Positions 33,524 to 35,702 of a DNA stretch of 35,702 bases are shown one piece after another. Made by a program: the position numbers and the translations under genes. This DNA comes from Promethearchaeota archaeon (lineage in GTDB: Archaea; Asgardarchaeota; Lokiarchaeia; Sigyniarchaeales; SOKP01): the NCBI GenBank assembly GCA_030606095.1, contig JAUWHC010000002.1, positions 1-35,702 of the forward strand. The letters are read 5' to 3'. A model generated the notes under the pieces. That model was not told the origin of the DNA, ran no database searches, and saw only the letters and a list, made by a program, of their open reading frames with translations. Positions within the stretch are counted from its first letter, which is position 1; each line of letters starts with the position of its first letter.

Positions 33524-34342
33524 TTATATTACAAAATATTCATCAATTAAATCTTCAAAATTATTGAATCGTGTAACATTACCATCAAATTGCGATACAT
33601 AATCTGAATATTCTGATAAAAATTCATCAACTATTAGATACATGTATCTTTGAATCAATGGCTTCATTTTTTTTACTAAATATGCAAAAATTACATCATT
33701 TTTAACAATCATATAAAAATGTTGATTTCCAAAATTAATTTCTTTTAATATTGCTCCTGATTCTTCGTTAATAATCTCTTTTGAAAATGAAAATAATGCT
33801 GAAATAAATCCACTAATTTGAACTTCGCTCTTTGAAATGAAAGTTTTATTTTTATTAATTTTCGTAATGTAAGGGCTTCCTGTTGCTCCAATAATTAATA
33901 GTGCTAAGACTCCATCTGCTCGTGGCACTTGTATAATCTCATTACAAAAATGTTTTATTTCTAAAAATGATAAATTTGATTGCCATCTTTCATTAATTTT
34001 TTTTGAAATAATATACAATTTTCCGTAACTCGTTGGGTTTTCTTTTTCATCCATGTAAATTATTAGTAATATGTTTCCTTGCTTATTTTCAAAAAAGTGA
34101 ATGATTACAGTATAATCATCTAAGGGAACAATAGAATTTCCTTTTTTTTTTTCTATGAATTCGTTTTTATATAATTCGAGTAAATTTTGAATAAACGGAT
34201 TTCCCATTCCTTTTTGGAAAATTATATCTGTTTTTCCTCCTAAATTGGTTTTAGTAAATTCTACTAATCCAAAACCAAATATCTGTAAATGATTTGAATT
34301 GTTATTTATTCTATGGGAATATTTCATAATTATCATTTGCAT
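33524..34342 (-). CDS. Hypothetical protein with two longin/roadblock-like alpha-beta-alpha halves
   Basis: 272 aa. Second half: GVLALLIIGATGSPYITKINKN...VQISGFISALFSFSKEII..GAILKEINFGNQHFYMIVKNDVIFAYLVKK...LIVDEFLSEY. First half: IFGFGLVEF...GNSIVPLDDYTVIIHFFENKQGNILLIIYMDEKENP...LYIISKKINERW. Both fit the longin/roadblock strand-helix-strand pattern by eye. Confidence 0.45.
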   Translation of the reverse strand: MQMIIMKYSHRINNNSNHLQIFGFGLVEFTKTNLGGKTDIIFQKGMGNPFIQNLLELYKNEFIEKKKGNSIVPLDDYTVIIHFFENKQGNILLIIYMDEKENPTSYGKLYIISKKINERWQSNLSFLEIKHFCNEIIQVPRADGVLALLIIGATGSPYITKINKNKTFISKSEVQISGFISALFSFSKEIINEESGAILKEINFGNQHFYMIVKNDVIFAYLVKKMKPLIQRYMYLIVDEFLSEYSDYVSQFDGNVTRFNNFEDLIDEYFVI

Positions 34343-34444
34343 TATGCCTATTATTTTTAATTTATTTTTTTATTATCCATACTTATTTGTTAATTATGAA
34401 AAAAAAGTGGGATTTCAACCACAATATAATTTTTTTTAATTTTA

Positions 34445-35476
34445 TTAGCTGACAGCTTCTAATGCTTCTTTGGGTTTCTTCAATATTACTTCCTTTTTTA
34501 CAGCTTTTGGCGATTCTTCAGGCTTTCTAACCCTTTTCGGAACTATTTTTTCTACTTTTTTAGGTTTTTTGATTGCTCTTGGCCCTTTATCAGCCTTTTC
34601 TTCTTCACCTTTATGTATATCCAGTATATCTTTGAGTTCTTCTGCGATAGTGACTAATTTATTTGCTGTTTCGTCAATTTCATCCATAGCCGTTTTTTGA
34701 TTATCTGAAGCGCCCATTATTTGTTCTAAAGCTACTTCATTTTCTTCTTCGTGGTGTTCAACTCCCTCAACTTCTTTGTTAATATTATCGATTTCTTCGA
34801 CTACTTTTTTTATTAATGTTTCTATTTCCTCTATTTTTTCGCTTGAGGAAAGAACAGCACTTTTAGACTCTTCAGCGAGTTTTCTAACCTCATCGGCTAC
34901 AACAGCAAAACCTCTACCGTGTTCACCCGCTCTTCCCGCTTCTATGCTCGCATTAAGGGCAAGTAAGTTTGTTTGTTCAGAAATGCTGGTGATAATTTCC
35001 AATACTTTATCAATATCAGTAGTGTGATCTAAAACTTCATGTATGTGTTGATCGGAAAGTCCCACATGGTTTACAATTGCTTTAAGAGCATCAACTTGAC
35101 CTATCGTTGCTTCTACAAGACCATGAGTTTTCTCTGAGATATCTGTAGCGTGAGCGTCTACTTCGTCTGCACCTGCTGCTAGTTCTTGGCCTATATTAGC
35201 TACATTAATAGCAACCTCTTCAGCATGATCAATAACATCTTCCATTTGATGTTCTTTAAGGTCTATTTCTCTAATTGCATGAGTCGCTTTTCTAACGACA
35301 GAATAGTTGAGACCGATTCCTAATATCAGCGATACGATTAAACTAACAATTAATAATGAAGTTTTAATTTCTCTAGTACCGTAAATCTCCATAGGAAGGA
35401 TGCCTATAAGCCCTACCATGAACATCAGCAATAATATTACTCCAATGTTTATAATTATTTGATTTCCTATTTTCAT
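34445..35476 (-). CDS. Minimal methyl-accepting chemotaxis protein (2 TM helices, no ligand-binding domain)
   Basis: 343 aa. TM1 aa ~6-27, a loop of about 10 aa, TM2 aa ~39-60. Highly conserved signalling tip [39 protein letters not shown]-terminal K/P/E-rich tail of about 50 aa. Confidence 0.9.
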   Translation of the reverse strand: MKIGNQIIINIGVILLLMFMVGLIGILPMEIYGTREIKTSLLIVSLIVSLILGIGLNYSVVRKATHAIREIDLKEHQMEDVIDHAEEVAINVANIGQELAAGADEVDAHATDISEKTHGLVEATIGQVDALKAIVNHVGLSDQHIHEVLDHTTDIDKVLEIITSISEQTNLLALNASIEAGRAGEHGRGFAVVADEVRKLAEESKSAVLSSSEKIEEIETLIKKVVEEIDNINKEVEGVEHHEEENEVALEQIMGASDNQKTAMDEIDETANKLVTIAEELKDILDIHKGEEEKADKGPRAIKKPKKVEKIVPKRVRKPEESPKAVKKEVILKKPKEALEAVS

Positions 35477-35702
35477 TTATATTACACCTTTTTTGTATAT
35501 TTTGTATGGAATTTTTTTTATTTGTATCTATTCTTACTGAAATTTTTTTTTATTTATTCTAATTTTTTATATATCAAATCAAAGAATTTATATTTAAATC
35601 TATTTTATAACAAAAAAAGGTTCAATTAAAAATTTTATTTGAGATTTATTTAAATAAATAGAATTGAATATTGTAAATATATAATTAAATTAGAAAGTTT
35701 TT

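Noticed and set aside
24961-35027. Plus-strand ORFs antisense to che-cluster genes (24961-25203, 26041-26280, 27368-27586, 27788-28102, 28559-28822, 28991-29188, 30002-30388, 31279-31473, 34470-34700, 34776-35027) and the same-strand out-of-frame ORF 26272-26466
   Set aside because: All overlap better-supported genes. The F/L/S-rich translations (for example FFLILVFSFTFVF) are simply the reverse complement of K/E-rich coiled-coil coding sequence.
34445-35476. Calling the MCP gene a horizontally acquired island on the basis of higher GC
   Set aside because: The gene is in tight operon context. Its Ala/Gly/Val/Asp/His-rich conserved signalling domain alone raises GC. Without a computed codon-usage comparison the claim is unsupported, so it is kept only as a note within the MCP finding.
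1-35702. CRISPR arrays, transposases/integrases, prophage genes, toxin-antitoxin or known defence-system genes
   Set aside because: I saw no regularly spaced direct repeats, no IS-like inverted repeats, and no recombinase, nuclease, helicase or ATPase defence signatures in any ORF. The window reads as chromosomal signalling and bioenergetics genes.

Overview
AT-rich (about 30% GC by eye), gene-dense archaeal window with 26 credible protein genes. I see no rRNA, tRNA, CRISPR array or transposase. Layout: (i) 500-5185 (+) is a 1561-aa sensor histidine kinase with 9 PAS modules and a GAF domain, preceded at 25-90 by a decayed copy of its own 3' end. (ii) 5276-7794 (-) holds two paralogous RHH-DHp-receiver proteins that lack an ATPase domain, flanking a C2HC zinc-ribbon protein. 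(iii) 8146-18301 (-) is an A/V-type rotary ATPase operon in the order C-(H/G-like)-F-E-A-B-D-I with no proteolipid (K/c) gene, followed 43 nt later by cheB. (iv) 18720-21164 (+) holds two proteins of unknown function. (v) 21492-35476 (-) is an 11-gene co-directional chemosensory cluster with MCP, CheW, CheY, CheA, a CheW-CheC-CheC fusion and CheR. Its remaining slots hold a gelsolin-domain protein, a Roadblock/LC7-Ras-like GTPase fusion, a tandem longin/roadblock-like protein, a 1058-aa cytoplasmic coiled-coil/beta-sandwich protein and a 287-aa unknown. The mix of A-type ATPase, CheC-type chemotaxis and eukaryote-signature modules suggests an Asgard (Lokiarchaeia-like) genome. Main hypothesis: this chemosensory pathway outputs to a small-GTPase/actin-cytoskeleton module rather than an archaellum, since the window has no cheF, cheD or archaellum genes. 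All domain calls come from motif recognition by eye on the supplied translations. No database search was run.
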